NCBI RefSeq assembly: GCF_009914755.1
Contig: NC_060926.1
Strand: one strand, 5' to 3'
DNA: 64,000 bases
Origin: the human T2T-CHM13v2.0 reference genome, Homo sapiens
Position numbers and translations under genes: made by a program. Shown one piece after another: positions 62,638 to 64,000 of this stretch (its first letter is position 1; each line of letters starts with the position of its first letter). A model generated the notes under the pieces. That model was not told where the DNA came from and ran no database searches. It saw only the letters and a program-made list of their open reading frames with translations.

Positions 62638-64000
62638 TCTCACCTGTGATCCCCCAAAATTCATTCTCATATATAAAATATATTCATTTTATCCCAATAG
62701 CCCCAAAGTACTAACTTGTTCCAGCATCAACCCAAAAGTCTAGTTTAGAGTCTCACCTAAATACCATCTAAATCAGATATGGGTGAGACTCAAGGTATGA
62801 TTCATCCAGAGGCAAATTTATGTCTAGGTCTGAACCCGTGAAATCAAAGAAGTTATGTACTTCCAAAGTACAATGGTGGGACAGGCATCAGATAGACATT
62901 CCCATTCCAAAAGGGAGAAATATGGAAGAATAAACGGGTAACACGTCCCCAGAAAGTCTAGAACCCAACAAGGCAAACAACATTAAATCTTCAGGCTTGA
63001 GAATCATCTTCTTTGACTTCACGTCTTGCCTTCCGGACACACTGGGAAGGGAACTGGACCCGAAAGGTCTTGTGTGGCCCTGCCCCCATGGTTCACCTGA
63101 GTGTAGCCCATGTGACAGCTCTCAGGTGTCTGTGGCTCCCCTAGGCTGGTGTTGCATACTGGATTTACAGTTCTGAGGTCTCAGGGTGGCCCTATCTTCA
63201 TGGCTCCCTGAATCATTGTCCTACTGGGGACTCTCTGGAGTACCTCTGCCTCTGTGGCTGTTCTCTACCTGGTCTACAAGGCTCTCCAAGGAATCCTTTG
63301 AAATCTAGATGGAGGTAGCTATTCCTCCACAGCTTTTGCGCAGTCTGTGTACATGCAGAGTTGGAATCATGCAGGTGTCACCAAAACTTACCACTTATGC
63401 CCTTTTGGAAGGGCTGCCTGAACTGGACCTGGGCCACTTGAGCCATAGCTAGGGTAGCCAAGAAACACTGCAACAGAATGCAGGGGGCAGAAACTTGCAG
63501 GGAGCAGAAACTTGAAGTGAGCCTGGGCAGCAAGCCCCAGGTTTCCATGGGTGTCTCAGGCCCCTCCTTTGAAATTGGTATGCCCTCAATGCCCTGGTAC
63601 TCTGGGCCTGTGATGGGAATGGCAGTCATGAAGATCTCTGAAATGCTTTTGAGGTCATCCTTCTACTATCTTGATGAATCGCATCTGGCTTCCTAGTATC
63701 CATACTCATCTCCTTATCAAATGTTCACTTGGCCACACCCTTGGTATTCTTTTCCCAATGTACTTTTTTATTCTTGATGTGGCCAGGCTGAGAATTTTCC
63801 AGATCTTTGAGTTCTAAGTCCGTTTTGATTATAAATTCCATCTTTAAGTTGTTTCTGTCTTCTCACATTTCACTATAAGCAGTCAAGAAAAGCCCTGCGG
63901 TACCCTGAATATTTTGTTTAGAGATTTCCCCCCCCACATAGTTTAGTTACTTTCTTAAGTCCTGCCTTCCACAAATCACTAGGATGTGGACATCATTCAG
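62638..64000 (-). mobile_element. MaLR internal region, continuing beyond the window
   Basis: Directly abuts the LTR; ttccaaagtacaatggtgggacaggcat, cccattccaaaagggagaaat, ggctgagaattttccagatcttt are typical of MaLR-int. Confidence 0.85.

Overview
Primate, very probably human, AT-rich non-coding DNA (intergenic or deep intronic) that is mostly fossil transposable elements: Alu (J, S, Y), L1 (L1PA, L1PB, L1MA/MB/MC/ME), L2, MIR, MaLR/ERV LTRs, and DNA transposons including a full-length dead Tigger1. I find no intact protein-coding gene, RNA gene or CpG island. The ORF track is explained by TE remnants, low-complexity sequence and chance. The only recognisable cellular-gene sequence is a 5'-truncated, frameshifted HNRNPH2-type retrocopy (minus, ~50080-51101). 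It is joined tail-to-tail to an unidentified poly(A)-tailed fragment, and the pair splits a MER5A. Other notable structure: four short non-tandem local duplications (53-133 bp; one inverted and marking an ~870 bp inversion, one filling an Alu/Tigger3 deletion), a young L1 tip with an apparent 3' transduction, a twin-primed L1 with TSDs, and a 1.5 kb AT minisatellite with polarised variants. I see no evidence for a new gene-encoded system; the signals record retrotransposition and DNA-repair events. Subfamily names are from my recall of consensus sequences, and boundaries of old elements are approximate.
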